Below, in pieces: positions 24,155-37,063 of a DNA stretch of 64,000 nt; position 1 is the stretch's first letter, and each line of letters begins with the position of its first letter. Source of the DNA: Octopus vulgaris (taxonomy: Eukaryota); contig OX597841.1 in NCBI GenBank assembly GCA_951406725.2, positions 5,828,001 through 5,892,000 of the forward strand, read 5' to 3'. The translations under genes were made by a program, and so were the position numbers. Under the pieces are notes generated by a model. That model had not been told where the DNA came from. It ran no database searches and saw only the letters and a program-made list of their open reading frames with translations.

Positions 24155-25999
24155 TGAGTGGGTGTGGGTGTAAATATATATATATGTATATATTGGTGGG
24201 CCTCCCAGGTCAAACATATTCATAAGGCACATATTGACATATATCGTAATGTCCATTTTCCTTATAATAAAAGTTGCTAAAAGGTATTTCAATATTGCAT
24301 AAAATAATTAACATTTATTTACAATATTTCACCAAATTTCGCTTCTTCTTCTTCTTCTTCTTCTCTTCTTCCTCCTTCACCATCATCATCATCATCATCA
24401 TTGCTTAACACCTGCTTTGCATGCTGTCAGGTAGCACTGGCATCGACCATACTCGAATGGTGCTTTTTACATGTCCCAATCGTGGCCGTTTGCCAGATTC
24501 GTCTGGCACCTGTGCCAGTGGCACGTAAAAAGCACCCACTACACTCTCAGAGTGGTTGGCGTTAGGAAGGGCATCCAGCTGTAGAAACACTGCCAGATCA
24601 GACTGGGCCTGGTGCAGCCTTCTTGGCTTCCCAGACCCCAGTGGAACTGTCCAACCCATGCTAGCATGGAAAGCGGATGCTAAACGATGATGATGATCTG
24701 CTTGGGAGCCGGTCAGGCAGCACTGGCATTGACTACACTTGTGTGGTATATTTTACGTGCCACCAGCATTGGCACTGGCACCAACCACGCTTGAATGGAG
24801 CTTTTTATGTTCCACGGTTGCCAGTCAAGTGGTACTGGCATCGGTCACAAGAATATTTCAACACAGAATATTCCCTGACAACTGAAGAGTACTCTTAAAT
24901 AGGCCGGTTATGCAACACTGGCATAGGCCAATTGACTTGCCAGGTATTCTTAAGCACAACATGTCTCCAAAGGTCTTGGTCACTTGTCATTGCCTCTGTG
25001 AGCTCCAACTTTCAAAGTTCATGCTTCAACACCTCATCCCAGGTCTACCTCTTTCACAGGTTGCCTCCACTGTTAGGGTTTCACACTTCTTCACACAGCT
25101 GTCGGTTTGAACAGCAGTTTTTTCTAGCGGTGTCATATGAAATTGTCACCCATAATTATGACCCTAGTATCGATCTATTGCATTTCAATCTGTTTTAGGG
25201 TTAGGGTTAGTTGGGGTGAGGGGAAGGGTATCTTTTTTTGTTCACAGATGTAAATAAACCCAATCTGTTTCTTAAACGAGGGACATATTCATACGGCATA
25301 GAATGTTTTCACCTCAATAGACGTCAGTGATTGGTTGAAATTGCAGAAATTGAAGAAAAAAAAAAACCAACAAATATCTTACAAACTATAGAATTTTCTC
25401 AATAAAGCCAAGAGAAAAAGATGTTTTATAAACACATTCTACCAGTATACAAAGTTTTAAAATTTTTTAGTTACCTAGAAATTATGTTAAAAACTGCCGT
25501 TCATGCCGAAAAGATCCGAATATTGTAATATGTGTAAAACAAGTTGCTCTAAACGAATATGACAAAAAAAAATGCACATAGGCGCAGGAGTGGCTGTGTG
25601 GTAAGTAGCTTGCTAACCAGCCACATGGTTCCGGGTTCAGTCCCACTGCGTGGCATCTTGGGCAAGTGTCTTCTGCTATAGCCCCGGGCCGACCAATGCC
25701 TTGTGAGTGGATTTGGTAGACGGAAACTGAAAGAAGCCTGTCGTATATATGTATATATATATATATGTATGTGTGTTTGTTTGTGTGTCTGTGTTTGTCC
25801 CCCTAGCATTGCTTGACAACCGATGTTGGTGTGTTTATGTCCCCGTTACTTAGCGGTTCGGCAAAAGAGACCGATAGAATAAGTACTGGGCTTACAAAAG
25901 AATGAGTCCCGGGGTCGAGTTGCTCGATTAAAGGCGGTGCTCCAGCATGGCCGCAGTCAGATGACTGAAACAAGTAAAAGAGTAAAGAGTAAAAGAGTA

Positions 26000-27168
26000 T
26001 AGTGAATTTCATCCATGTGTAACACATAACCATACCAGCACAGCCGTCTCTCTTGCATACCACATCTGATGTTTCTTATGTCCAACTTTTCTCTCAGGGT
26101 ACTTACACTCTGTTGTATAGGCACAATGACATTACACATCCAACGGTGCATACTAGCTTCATTTCTTTCAGTCCTACACATCTCACTGCCGTGTAGCATG
26201 GCTGTTTGCTCACATGCGTCATACACTCTACCTTTCACTCTGAGCGACAGGCCTTTGTTACTAGCCTATGTCAAGTATGCACACTGACATTACACATCCA
26301 TCGGACCATACTGGCTTCATTCCTTGCGAGCTTACGCATATCCTCAGCAGTCACAGCCCATGTTTCACTGCCATGTAGCATGGCTGTTCGTACACATGTG
26401 ACATACTGTCTACCTTTTACTCTGAGTGAGAGGCCCTTTGTCACCAGCAGAGGTAAGAGCTCTCTGAACTTTGCCCAGGCTATCCTTATTCCAGTAGCTA
26501 TACTCTCAGAGCATCCACCCACACTACTGACTTTCTCAGTCCACCTGTGCATACCTTCCTTCTTGGGACACATAACTCTACTTGTGAAGACCTGTTGAGG
26601 CAAGTGAAAATCAAAGAATCAAATCAAAATCGAAATCGATCAACATCAATGGAATTTGTAGTTTGTGGCACATAAGAGAACCATCCGAACCTGGCCGTAG
26701 CCAGCACCGCATCGACTGGCCTCCGTGCTGGTGGCACGTAACAAACACCATCCGATTGTGGCCGTGCCAGCCTCGCCTGGCTCCTGTGCCGGTGGCACGT
26801 AAAATGCACCATCTGATTGTGGCCGTTCGCCAGCCTCGTCTGGCACCTGTGTCGGTGGCACATAAAAAGCACCCACCACACTCACGGAGTGGTTGGTGTG
26901 AGGAAGTGCATCCAGCTGTAGAAACACCGCCAGATCTGACTGGAGCCTGGTGCAGTCTTCGGGCTTCCCAGACCCCAGTTGAACTGTCCAACCCATGCTA
27001 GCATGGAAAGTGGACATCAAACGATGATGATGATGATGACGATGTAACAGAAGCGATCAACTACTTCTAGTTTTCCCTCCTGAAATGTGATGGAATCTGT
27101 TTTCTGCACATTTTCAGTGTCTATTGCACCTATGCATCTGCCACACACAAAAGCTATCTTCCCATCGG
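26000..27168 (-). mobile_element. RTE-clade LINE ORF fragments, split by an oppositely oriented LINE 3' UTR (~26535-27042)
   Basis: EGKLEVVDRFCY | VSSVGGCSESIATGIRIAWAKFRELLPLL...AMLHGSETW, with a partial internal duplication. Confidence 0.8.
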
Positions 27169-28013
27169 GCATTTGATGCAGCATTAGGAATTGCGGTTGT
27201 GCTGTGTCGACCTTTTGCCTCGCAGACATTTGGTTTCTGCCTTTGGGACTATTGTCATCAGTTTATCTGGACAGATATTATTTTAGAGACTATCAGCAGA
27301 TAGGTCCATAAAATACTCTGCTATCGGCTGTCCAGGGAATTTGATGCCTGGAAAGACAATAAGAAACATAAGGAAAGAAGAATTTCTTCACAGCCTGAGT
27401 GAGTGTTTACTTTTATAACTTGCAGTTTGAGCTGTGCTTATCTCTAACTGTTTGTATTTGTGGTGGTAGTCATAACAGTTGTAGTGGAGGTGTTTCTTTG
27501 GTTGTAGCGTTAGTTGTAATGTCATTGGCATTAGTTGTGGTGCTGGTCTTCACAACAAATTCCAATATTGTTGGGTTCTACACCATGAGAAACACATTAT
27601 TAGAACATTTTACGCCAAAATATCAGTTTTCCCTAAAGTTATAAACAAAGAAATCAGGTGGGGCCCTCTTGTGTAGGTATGTCCTATCTGTGAAAAGCAT
27701 TACACTGAATCAAACAACACGTGGATACGCTTATGCTAGAAATAAGTGCCAATGCACCACTAACTGCCCACCACTTACGATTTTGCGAAATAAGTGCATA
27801 ATTATCTACAGAATCTTTTACTTGTTTCAGTCATTTGACTGCAGCCATGCTGGAGCACCGCCTTTAGGCGAGCAAATCGACCACGGGACTTATTCTTTGT
27901 AAGCCCAGTACTTGTTCTATCGGTCTGTTTTGCCGAACCGCTCAGTGACGGGGACGTAAACACACCAGCATCGGATGTCAAGCATTGCTAGGGGGACAAA
28001 CACAGACACACAA

Positions 28014-28046
<33 letters not shown>

Positions 28047-28785
28047 CATATATACGACAGGCTTCTTTCAGTTTCCGTCTACCAAATCTACTCACAAGGC
28101 TTTGGTCGGCCCGGGGCTATAGTAGAAGACACTTGCCCAAGATGCCAAGCAGTGGGACTGAACCCGGAACCATGTGGTTGGTTAGCAAGCTACTTACCAC
28201 ACAGCCACTCCTGCGCCTGTCAAAATTAATTGAAAAGACATGAAAAACTTTAATTATTATGAATTTCCTTTAGTGTTTCAGGGGTCAACACACAACGATA
28301 TAGAAGATTGATAGACATATATGACAAGGGGCCAGGAGATATGGGGATCCGTTGTGGCGATCCTTCGGTATAGGTACCGTAATTACCGGAAGTGGCTTTG
28401 TTTACATTTCTGAAAATAACAGAAACCCTTTTCTCCCCACCTAACCCTACCCCCCCCCAATATATAAAAAAAACAACCCTTTCTTGAAATGTATCCGGTA
28501 CTTCAGGTACCTATACCGAAGTTACGCCCACTTCCCTTTTTCTCTTGGCTTTATTGAGAGAGATTGTGACCCAATGGACCATGGCAGGTACATATAGTAA
28601 ATATAATAAAGCAGAGACCTGGCAGAATTGTTATCACGCCGGGTGAAATGCGTAGCCGTATTTCGTCTGCCGCTACGCTCTGAGTTCAAATTCCACCAAG
28701 GTCGACTTTGCCTTTCATCCTTTCGGGGTCGATTAAATAATTACCAGTTGGTTAAGAGATGCAATGAATTTTGAGAATGACAGAG

Positions 28786-29481
28786 TCAGACTTTTGTATG
28801 AATAGACAAATGGTTAGTTAAGCTACACTTTTGAGAGAATGATTTGTCACAAATATTACAGCGAAATGGCTTCTCCCCCGTATGAATACGTTTGTGTTTA
28901 GTCAAGTGATAGCTTTGCGAGAATGATTTACCACAGAAGTCACAGTGATATGGTTTCTCTCCTGTATGAGTACGTTTGTGTTTAGTCAAGTGATAGCTTT
29001 GAAAGAACGAATTACCACAAATGTCACAGTCAAATGACTTCTCTCCTGTATGAATACGTTTATGTACGGCCAAATTACTACTTGCAGTGAATGAATTACC
29101 ACAGATATCACAGCGAAATGGCTTTTCCCCTGTATGAACACGCTTGTGCACTGTTAAGGCAGTTCCCTGAGAGAATGATTGACCACAGATGTCACAGCTG
29201 TAAGGCTTCTCCCCTGTGTGAACGCGTTTGTGTACAGTTAAGGCAATTGCTTGAGAGAATGATTTTCCACAGACATCACAATGAAATGGCTTCTCTCCTG
29301 TATGAATACGTTTGTGTACAGTTAAGGCAATTAACTGATTGAATGATTTACCACAAATATCACAGTGAAATGGCTTCTCTCCTGTATGAATACGCCTGTG
29401 AGTAGTTAGACTACATTTCTGATTGAAAGTCTGTTTACAGATATCACACTGAAAAGCTGATTGTGGTTTCTCTTGTGACAT
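28786..29481 (-). CDS. C2H2 zinc-finger protein, 8 fingers (MSQEK; Z4)
   Basis: 231-aa ORF. Acceptor at 29862/29863 and 381-nt leader. Confidence 0.95.
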   Translation of the reverse strand: MSQEKPQSAFQCDICKQTFNQKCSLTTHRRIHTGEKPFHCDICGKSFNQLIALTVHKRIHTGEKPFHCDVCGKSFSQAIALTVHKRVHTGEKPYSCDICGQSFSQGTALTVHKRVHTGEKPFRCDICGNSFTASSNLAVHKRIHTGEKSFDCDICGNSFFQSYHLTKHKRTHTGEKPYHCDFCGKSFSQSYHLTKHKRIHTGEKPFRCNICDKSFSQKCSLTNHLSIHTKV

Positions 29482-29980
29482 CTCTTGAGCATAAAATTAT
29501 ATTCTTCAACTCCCTTATATAATCCGTTTGTCCCTTATCTTACTTCAATCACCACAAAACATATTGCTACTGTTCTCTTTCCATCAACTGTAATCCTTCT
29601 TGATGTCTGAAAATACTCTGAGATTCCTTTGAAAATTATCCAAGTTTAATTTCAGTAGAAAATAATCTTGTAGACATTCCAAACATTTCACAAGAGAAAT
29701 GTTGCTATCAATCTCAGTTGAGAAGAAATATTTCACTGGAATTCTTTGGAGTTCTTCAATCTGTTCTGTATAACATTTTCTTTCAGTTTTCAAAAAGTGA
29801 TGAATATTGACGATGTTCTCTGATGGAAACAATGCTTTGATGCCAATGTCATGTGATAGTCTCTGAAATAAAAGAGAGAAACAACAGTGTCAGATACAAG
29901 AGGAGATTTCGAAAAAGACAGATTCAAAACAGTGGCTCACTACTAACACCAACATCACCACTATGTAGGTTATGGAATAC

Positions 29981-30202
29981 CTATTTCTTTACTACCCTCA
30001 AGGGGCTAAACATAGAGAGGACAAACAAGGACAGACAAACGGATTAAGTCGATTACATCGACCCCAGTGCGTAACTGGTACTTAATTTATCGACCCCGAA
30101 AGGATGAAAGGCAAAGTCAACCTCGGCGGAATTGGAACTCAGAACGTAACGACAGACGAAATACCACTAAGCATTTCGCCCGGCGCGCTAACGTTTCTGC
30201 CT
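29981..30202 (-). mobile_element. Meta-domain-type SINE in Z4 intron
   Basis: Family match to 47999-48231. Confidence 0.8.
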
Positions 30203-30533
30203 TATGTATACATACCTATAGCGCTAGTGTCAGAACAACACGAATTTGACATTTAGGGCAGTAAAAGCGATAATAACTGGTATATAAATTAGTCTGCCTC
30301 GTTATATCGTTTCAGATTGCGTCTTTTCGAAAATATCAGTATTTCACTTTGGACGTATTATCCCGTGGTTAAAAGTCAGTAAAACTACGACTGGCAGAAG
30401 CAAACATCTTTCGTTCTCAAATTGTTGTTTTTACTTCTATAGAATCATTGAATCGCTGAAGGGTTCCACATAATAACAATTCTATTATTTACACACATTA
30501 TTGCAGATTTATTGTTTAAATAAATCTTTATAA

Positions 30534-30680
30534 ACTCACCGTTCGTCGCATGGAATCGGTCAGTGTCCCGATCAGAGTTTAGACCGAAGTCGCTCAGGGC
30601 TGAACGTTGTAGTCGTCATGAAGTTGTTCCCCTTGATATGTTATGTATTTCCTTCATTCCCCGCGAGAGGGAGAAACACG
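30534..30680 (-). promoter_or_regulatory. Promoter/first-exon cassette of Z4 (possibly also Z3)
   Basis: Homologous to 16060-16202. TATCAAGGGG variant and donor ACG|GTGAGT at 30540/30539. Confidence 0.7.
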
Positions 30681-31484
30681 TTTGCTAATTAAAACTTGTT
30701 AAAAACACTAATTAAAGTGAAAAAGTTTCTTAAAAAATAGCACGTAAACGAAAAATCATATAAATACGTGTAAATATGGGATCTTTTCGGTTTGACCGGC
30801 AGTTTTTTAAAATAATTTCCACGTAACTAAACACTTTTAAAACTTCGTACTCTGGTAGAATGTGTTCAAAATAAAACATCTTTTTCTCTTGGCTTTATTG
30901 AGAAAATTCTATAGTTTATAAAATATTTGTTGTTTTTTTCTTCAATTTCTGCAATTTCAACCAATCAATGACGTCTATTGAGGTAAAAAACATCCTGTGT
31001 CGTATGAATACGTCCCTCGTTTAAGAAACAGATTGGGTTTATTTACATTTGTGAAGAAAAAAAGATACCCTTCCCCCCACCCTAAAACAGATTGAAATGC
31101 AATAGATCGATACTAGGGTCATAATTATGGATGACAATTTCATATGACATCTCTAGAAAAACTGCCGTTCAAACCGAAAAGATCCATAAGAAATAAGTGG
31201 AAATTTTACCGGTGTGTGTGTTAAATAATAAGGCACAAAAAGAAAATGACTCTCCCCAGACACAACAGAATATTCTTCTACACACGAACTCATATAAACC
31301 AAATCCAAAAACGAAATATTCGTAAGATAATAGGTTTGTTATATAAACCATGGTTTATAATAAGAAAAATTGCAACAGGATTTTTCCATATAAATAATTT
31401 CGTATTTACACTATTTATGTAATTTTTCGTATTATATAGCTTTTCATTATTAATTAGTGCTTTTAATAAATTTTAATTAGTAAC

Positions 31485-31635
31485 CCTGTTTCTCCCTCTC
31501 GCGGGGAACGAAGGAAATACATGAGATATAAAGGGGAACAACTTCATAGCGAGTACGTCATTTAACGACTTCGATTATAATTGCTAATCGGGCACCGACC
31601 GACTGATTGATTGCATGTGACGACGAATGGTAAGT
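31485..31635 (+). promoter_or_regulatory. Promoter/first-exon cassette of Z5
   Basis: TATAAAGGGG at 31527 and donor ATG|GTAAGT at 31629/31630. Confidence 0.75.
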
Positions 31636-32559
31636 CGACAAAGATTTACTTGAATAATGATAATAAATGTGTGTAAATGATAGAATTGCTTTTATGTGAA
31701 CCCGTCAACGATAAGGAATTCTATACAAAATACATAACAACATCAGAACAAAGATATTTTTTCTTGCAAAAGTCGTCGTTTTTCTGTCTTTTACCGACAG
31801 GACTATAATTCCGAACTGGAATTTTGATCGGTTATTTTCGAAAAGACGCAATTCGTTGTTGGGGCTAATGCAGTTTCGCACCTCTCCTTGTAAAATGCAA
31901 TTTTCTGAAAAAAAAAAAAATTTTTTTCGGATTCCTACGTTTTAGGTATCGGATATTACGAATGTACAAAAAAAAAAATTTATTTCACCCTCCCCCAATT
32001 TAAATTTTCGATTTTGTTTACTTTAAAGAGATCGTAGCGAATTGACGAACATATGCAAATCGAAATGAAATACAGCCAAAAACATTAAAGTGAAAAGGAT
32101 TAGAGTTTTATTTGTGTTTGCCTTAAATAATAATTTAATGTAAATCGAATACGCACCCTTTTATGAGAAACAAACATTAATGTTCAATAATTAATGTTAG
32201 AAACTTTAATAAGGGGCTCAAATTTCAGCCCCTCAATTTTAAACTTTGAACTTTTTCATCCATTTATTTATCTATTTATCTATTCTTTTCAGTTTATTCC
32301 TAAAATATATTTGTCAACTAAATGTGGCGGTCCATAAGAAGACGGTGTTACTGTTGTTTTTTAGCCCCAGGAAGACATTCACATCTGTCGATCTCTTTAT
32401 ACACATGTTTATATATATGCTTTCCATGCTAGCATGGGCTGGACGGTTTGACAGTGGGCTGGCGAACCAGATGGCTGCACCAGGCTCCAGTCTTGATCTG
32501 GAAGAGTTTTTGCAGCTGGATGCCCTTCCTAACGCCAACCACTCAAAGAGTGTATAATA

Positions 32560-33020
32560 TATTTCATTTCATTTCATTTGAGTTTGAGTCCATGCTCATG
32601 CCAAGTCGAAGACTCCACCCTCAGAGTCTGGTGTGGTTGCCAGGTTGTATTCTCTGTTTAATTTTGACATGTGTAGGAGCGAGTTTGAGTCAGTTTGTGC
32701 TCGTGTATATCCTGGGAGATGGGGTTCATCTCTAATGGTGCTTAAGTATCTATTCAGCTGCAATTTGAATGATTCCACACTGCATCCTGATAGATTTCTG
32801 ACATGTACCGGAATGGAGTTGAATAGTTGTGCTCCTCGAACCAACAGACTTGACTCTCGCAGGGTTTTTGCTGCCTGGCCAGCCTTTTTGTTGATTGGTG
32901 GTAGCTGGCAGCGTCTTCCGTGGCGCAGTGAGTGGTAGGTTTTGATACCAAAGTTTGGCACCTTTTGCTCTATCATTTTCCAAATGTATATAATTCGGTA
33001 TCGTTCAAATCTTCTTTCTA
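32560..33020 (-). mobile_element. CR1-group LINE 3' end with (GAAAT)n tail
   Basis: RRFERYRIIYIWKMIE...GAQLFNSIP...FKLQLNRYLSTIRDEP. Confidence 0.8.
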
Positions 33021-33577
33021 TATATATATATATTTATTTATTTATTTATATTTACACCGACACATACATATGTACACACACATGTTTTGAGAGGCTCAAT
33101 CTTTAAAATCCCATTGGTATTCCATAACCTACATAGTGGTGATGTTGGCTTTAGTACTGATCTATTGTTTTTAATCTCTCTTTTTCGAAATGCCCTCTTA
33201 TATCTGACACTGTTGTTTCTCTCTTTTATTTCAGAGACTATCACTGGACATTGGCACCAAAGCATTGTTTCCATCAGAGAACATCGTCAATATTCATCAC
33301 CTTTTCAAGACTGAAAGAAAATGTTGTACAGAACAGATTGAAGAACTCCAAAGAATTCCAGTGAAATATTTCTTCTCAACTGAGATTGGTAGCAACATTT
33401 CTCTTCAGATAACAAAAAGGATTACAGTTGATGAAAACAGAGCAGTAGAAATATTTACTAGGAACAAGCTGTCGGGGAATAACAAAAACTGTATCCACAT
33501 GTGTTGTGGTGATTGAAGTAAGATAAGGGACAAACATTATTAAAAATAATTGAAGAATATATGTTTATTCTGAAGAG

Positions 33578-34438
33578 ATGTCACAAGAGAAACCACAATT
33601 ATATCATTGTGACATCTGTAAAAAGACTTTCAGTCATAAATGTAATCTAACCACTCACAGGCGTATTCATACATGTGAGAAGCCATTTCATTGTGATAGC
33701 TGTGGTAAATCATTCTCTACAAGCAGCTATTTAACTACTCATAATCGTATTCATACAGGAGAAAAGCCATTTCATTGTAATATCTGTGGCAAATTATTCA
33801 CTGCACGCAATGACTTAACTAAACACAGACGCATTCATACAGGAGAGAAGCCATTTTTCTGTGATATCTGTGGGAGATCATTCTCCAGAAATAGCAGTTT
33901 AACAACTCACAAACGTATTCACACAGGGAAGAAGCCGTTTCACTGTGATGTTTGTGGTAAATCATTCGCTGCGAACAATAGGTTAACAAAACACAAGTTT
34001 CTTCATACAGGAGAAAAGCCCTTTCACTGTAATATCTGTGATAAATTATTCACTACAAGCACTGATTTAACTCAACACGTACGTATCCATACAGGAGAGA
34101 AGCCCTTTCACTGTAATATCTGTGGTAAATTTCTCAGTACAAGCAGTTCTTTGACAGAACACATACGAATTCATACAGGGGAGAAGCCCTTTCGCTGTAA
34201 TATCTGTGGTAAAAAATTCTCCGCAAGCAGTTCTTTAACTAAGCACAGACACATTCATACAGGGAAGAAGCCGTTTTGCTGTGATATCTGTGGTAAATCA
34301 TTCTCTTACTATAGTATCTTAACTGTTCATGAACGTATTCACACAGGGGAGAAGCCATATCACTGTGATATCTGCGGTGAATCATTCTCTCTAAACAAAA
34401 GTTTAACTAGACATATATCTGTTCATAAAAAAGTGTGA
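33578..34438 (+). CDS. C2H2 zinc-finger protein, 10 fingers (MSQEK; Z5)
   Basis: 286-aa ORF. Acceptor at 33234/33235, 343-nt leader with an internal deletion, AATAAA at ~34521. Confidence 0.95.
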   Translation: MSQEKPQLYHCDICKKTFSHKCNLTTHRRIHTCEKPFHCDSCGKSFSTSSYLTTHNRIHTGEKPFHCNICGKLFTARNDLTKHRRIHTGEKPFFCDICGRSFSRNSSLTTHKRIHTGKKPFHCDVCGKSFAANNRLTKHKFLHTGEKPFHCNICDKLFTTSTDLTQHVRIHTGEKPFHCNICGKFLSTSSSLTEHIRIHTGEKPFRCNICGKKFSASSSLTKHRHIHTGKKPFCCDICGKSFSYYSILTVHERIHTGEKPYHCDICGESFSLNKSLTRHISVHKKV

Positions 34439-34560
34439 TTATGTCATAATCAAAATTCTTTGCATCTCTTAACAACCAATTATTAGGGGCAGCAGAATGG
34501 TTGGCCCAATTTCAGGGGTTAATAAAAAACGAACACATGAAGATGTATGAAAAAACTTTG

Positions 34561-35494
34561 TATTTCTTATTTCTTTATTGCCCACAAGGGGCTAAATATA
34601 GAGGGGACAAACAAAGGGATTAAGTCGATTACATTGACCCCAGTGTGTAACTGGTACTTAATTTATCAACTCAGAACATAGCGGCAGACGAAATACCTAT
34701 TTCTATTTCTTTACTACCCACAAGGGGCTAAATACAGAGGGGACAAGCAAGGACAGACAAACGGATCAAGTCGATTATATCGACCCCAGTGCGTAACTGG
34801 TACTTAATTTATCGACTCCGAAGGGATAAAAGGCAAAATCGACCTTGGTGGAATTTGAACTCAGAACATAGCGGCAGACGAAATACCTATTTCTATTTCT
34901 TTACTACCCACAAGGGGCTAAATACAGAGGGGACAAGCAAGGACAGACAAACAGATCAAGTCGATTATATCGACCCCAGTGCGTAACTGGTACTTAATTT
35001 ATCGACTCCGAAGGGATAAAAGGCAAAATCGACCTTGGTGGAATTTGAACTCAGAACATAGCGGCAGACGAAATACCTATTTCTATTTCTTTACTACCCA
35101 CAAGGGGCTAAATACAGAGGGGACAAGCAAGGACAGACAAACGGATCAAGTCGATTATATCGACCCCAGTGCGTAACTGGTACTTAATTTATCGACTCCG
35201 AAGGGATAAAAGGCAAAATCGACCTTGGTGGAATTTGAACTCAGAACATAGCGGCAGACGAAATACCTATTTCTATTTCTTTACTACCCACAAGGGGCTA
35301 AATACAGAGGGGACAAGCAAGGACAGACAAACGGATCAAGTCGATTATATCGACCCCAGTGCGTAACTGGTACTTAATTTATCGACTCCGAAGGGATAAA
35401 AGGCAAAATCGACCTTGGTGGAATTTGAACTCAGAACGTAACGGCAGACGAAATATCGCTAAGTGTTTCGCCCGGCGCTAACCATTCTGCCAGC
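34561..35494 (-). repeat. Tandem array of Meta-type SINE bodies, 190-bp unit
   Basis: Four near-identical units plus one deleted unit, with a single tRNA-like head at the 35494 end. Confidence 0.9.
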
Positions 35495-35616
35495 TTTGTA
35501 TTCCTATGAAGTTCATTGACTCACAGTGGCATTTAATGTAACCTTGCAATCAGGGCAGCCTTCCTGCGGCACCCTATATCTAACATGTTTTCCTGATAAA
35601 TCACTAGGTACTCCTG

Positions 35617-35967
35617 TGGTTAGGGCAGCGGACTCGCGGTTTCGATTCCCAGACCGGGCGTTGTGAGTGTTTATTGAGCGAAAACACCTAAAAGCTCCAC
35701 GAGGCTCCGGCAGGGGATGGTGGTGATCCCTGCTGTACTCTTTCACCACAACTTTCTCTCACTCTTACTTCCTGTTTCTGTTGTACCTGTACTTCAAAGG
35801 GCCGGCCTCGTCACTCTCTGTGTCACGCTGAATATCCCCGAGAACTACGTTAAGGGTACACGTGTCTGTGGAGTGCTCAGCCACTTACACGTTAATTTCA
35901 CGAGCAGGCTGTTCCGTTGATTCGGATCAACTGGAACCCTCGTCGTCGTAACCGACGGAGTGCTTCC
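35617..35967 (+). mobile_element. Third tRNA-derived SINE family (GGAGGCGCAATGGCCCAGTGG; also 37061-37358, 39218-39603 minus, 63359-63723)
   Basis: A box TGGCCCAGTGG (clipped in this copy), B box GGTTTCGATTCC and a shared body. Confidence 0.8.
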
Positions 35968-36199
35968 ATCCAATCTGTGAAGCCTTTACTTTAATCATAC
36001 TCCTCATGGTTCTATTTTTGAGGTACTGTTTTCTGATCACATTCTCTGTTTGTAGTCTCTTAAAACAGACACAGATATGGTCTGTTTATATCCAGTTTTA
36101 GTCTAGTTTATATTGTCAAAAATGATTCTTAAAGGCTTTGTCTTATGAAACCATGAATAAAATTATCTTGTAAGCCATGAATTTATTCACATTCTCTCT

Positions 36200-36960
36200 C
36201 ATTTACTTGTTTCAGTCATTTGACTGCGGCCATGCTGGAGCACCGCCTTTAGTCGAGCAAATCGACCCCGGGACTTATTCTTTTGTAAGCCCAGTACTTA
36301 TTCTATCGGTCTCTTTTGCCGAACCGCTAAGTAACGGGGACGTAAACACACCAGCATCGGTTGTCAAGCAATGCTAGGGGGACAAACACAGACACAAAAA
36401 CACACACGCACACACATATTATATATATACATATATACGACGGGCTTCTTTCAGTTTCCGTCTACCAAGTCCACTCACAAGGCATTGGTCGGCCCGAGGC
36501 TATAGCAGAAGACATTTGCCCAAGATGCCACGCAGTGGGACTGAACCCGGAACCATGTGGTTGGTAAGCAAGCTACTTACCACACAGTCACTCCTGCACC
36601 TATATATACATATATGCGACAGGCTTCTTTCAGTTTCCGTCTGCCAAATCCACTCACAAGGCACTGGTCGGCCCGGGGCTATAGCAGAAGACACTTGCCC
36701 AAGATGCCACGCAGTGGGACTGAACCCGGAACCATGTGGTTGGTTAGCAAGCTACTTACCACACAGTCACTCCTGCACCTATATATACATATATACGACG
36801 GGCTTCTTTCAGTTTCCGTCTACCAAGTCCACTCACAAGGCATTGGTCGGCCTGGGGCCATAGCAGAAGACACTTGCCCAAGATGCCACGCAGTGGGACT
36901 GAACCCGGAACCATGTGGTTGGTTAGCAAGCTACTCACCACACAGCCACTCCTGCGCCTA
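36200..36960 (-). mobile_element. Major SINE with triplicated head
   Basis: Three ~180-bp head units joined through TA-rich tracts. Confidence 0.85.
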
Positions 36961-37009
36961 TGTGACTAAAGATGTAGCATCATAGAAGAGCATACACCCA
37001 ACTCTCTCC

Positions 37010-37063
<54 letters not shown>

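Noticed and set aside
34789-35366. Identical 65-aa ORFs and a CRISPR-like regular array
   Set aside because: Tandem SINE units with no unique spacers, in a eukaryotic context.
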